Shown: positions 35,531-36,463 of the stretch, piece after piece
Numbering within the stretch: the first letter of the stretch is position 1
How the letters are laid out: every line of letters starts with the position of its first letter
Source: Basidioascus undulatus
Taxonomy: Eukaryota
NCBI GenBank assembly: GCA_000826855.1
Contig: JTLS01000057.1
Coordinates: 1-36,463, forward strand
Direction: 5' to 3'
Length of the DNA: 36,463 nucleotides
Notes under the pieces: generated by a model
Database searches by the model: none
What the model was told of the DNA's origin: nothing
What the model saw: only the letters and a program-made list of their open reading frames with translations
Translations under genes and position numbers: made by a program

Positions 35531-36463
35531 GTGAGTGCCGATTGGATTGTACGCTCAGCCATCTCAGAATTTAACTGACAGCCATGCCACGCTGCAGGAT
35601 TTACTTTCGCGTCTCTTACGCGCGCTTGCTGATGACTGTTTCGTCGAGAGGCATTCTTCTAATTTTTACTGCCCAACTTTTAGATCCTGGATCCCATTAT
35701 GCATTCCGGAGCTGATGGTTTCATGCCTTACGCTTGGTCCGGGATGAGCGGGTATCGTGTCCAATAGATTGTAGCTCAGCGCCGGTTGGTCAGATGGGAG
35801 TACCCACCTGGGGTGACAATGTTTTGGAGGGCATGCTGCTGGGGAGAGATTCGAGCGGAGTGCAACATGCACGTTGCACACACGGATAAAGATAACGACG
35901 TGCTCGAGAAGACGGCACGTTCGAGAGTTTTTGTTTATTTTGTTTACAATCCAGTTTCATAAGCGGTTCGATGCTTGAAGGGCAACTACTCTATACTAGA
36001 AAGTTTCGGGGTAATGCGAATTGGCTTTAAAAGGGGGGTATGGTGGGAGGCATAGGACACAGCTATAGGGACATAAGGCGGGTGTGCGATGCAGCGGGAG
36101 CATACGGGCATAAGACATACATATATAAGAGACATAGACGCGTAGGAGGGCGGTGGAGGACTTCAAGTTCATGGGGGATAAATGTGTGTTAAACGTTCCG
36201 CTGCCAGGCGAGATTGTGAGGCTAGCCGACCGGGGATCGAATGCGAAGGCAGCCCAAAGATGCGAGGGAGTGCAGACCAAGTGCTGAGCGGGTGAGTAAT
36301 CCGCGAGCAACAAGGGGGGCGTCCACGAGCGCACCGGGTGACGAAGCCAGGCAGGCGTGAACGCAGGCTCAAGGAGGGAGGAGGAGCTCCGAGCAGGCAC
36401 GGGGGAGAGGACTGCCAAGCGCGGTGGTGTTGCATGGATCGAGGAAAACGGTGGGGGGGGAAT

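Noticed and set aside
35996..36463. Minus-strand ORF at the right edge following a possible splice acceptor (about 36412)
   Set aside because: It may be the last exon or UTR of a gene outside the window, but the frame and product cannot be determined.

Overview
GC-rich, intron-dense fungal DNA, most likely from a basidiomycete (GTGCGT/GTACGT/GTGAGT donors, CTGAC/CTAAC branch sites, mostly 55-120 nt introns). The ORF track is fragmented, so the gene models were spliced by hand. Nine apparently intact genes were found: a non-RD protein kinase (-, runs off the left edge), NAD-dependent formate dehydrogenase (+), a Vps3844-family type I membrane protein (-), an MBOAT_2 acyltransferase (-), Hsp104 (+, 21 introns), an MpaB/Lcp-like (DUF2236) oxygenase (-) head-to-head with Vps20 (+), a Pal1-family protein (+) and urease accessory UreD (-). 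No RNA gene, CRISPR array, intact transposon or secondary-metabolite backbone gene was seen. The less ordinary signals lie between the genes. There are at least four frameshifted, still intron-bearing gene relics: a PL3 pectate lyase fragment, a DUF6533-like membrane protein, a possible PemK/MazF-fold protein and one unknown. There is also a cluster of TGCCAC (PACE-like) motifs upstream of HSP104, an intron-split start codon and two GC-AG introns. Family assignments come from remembered motifs, not from database searches. I found no convincing novel multi-gene system.
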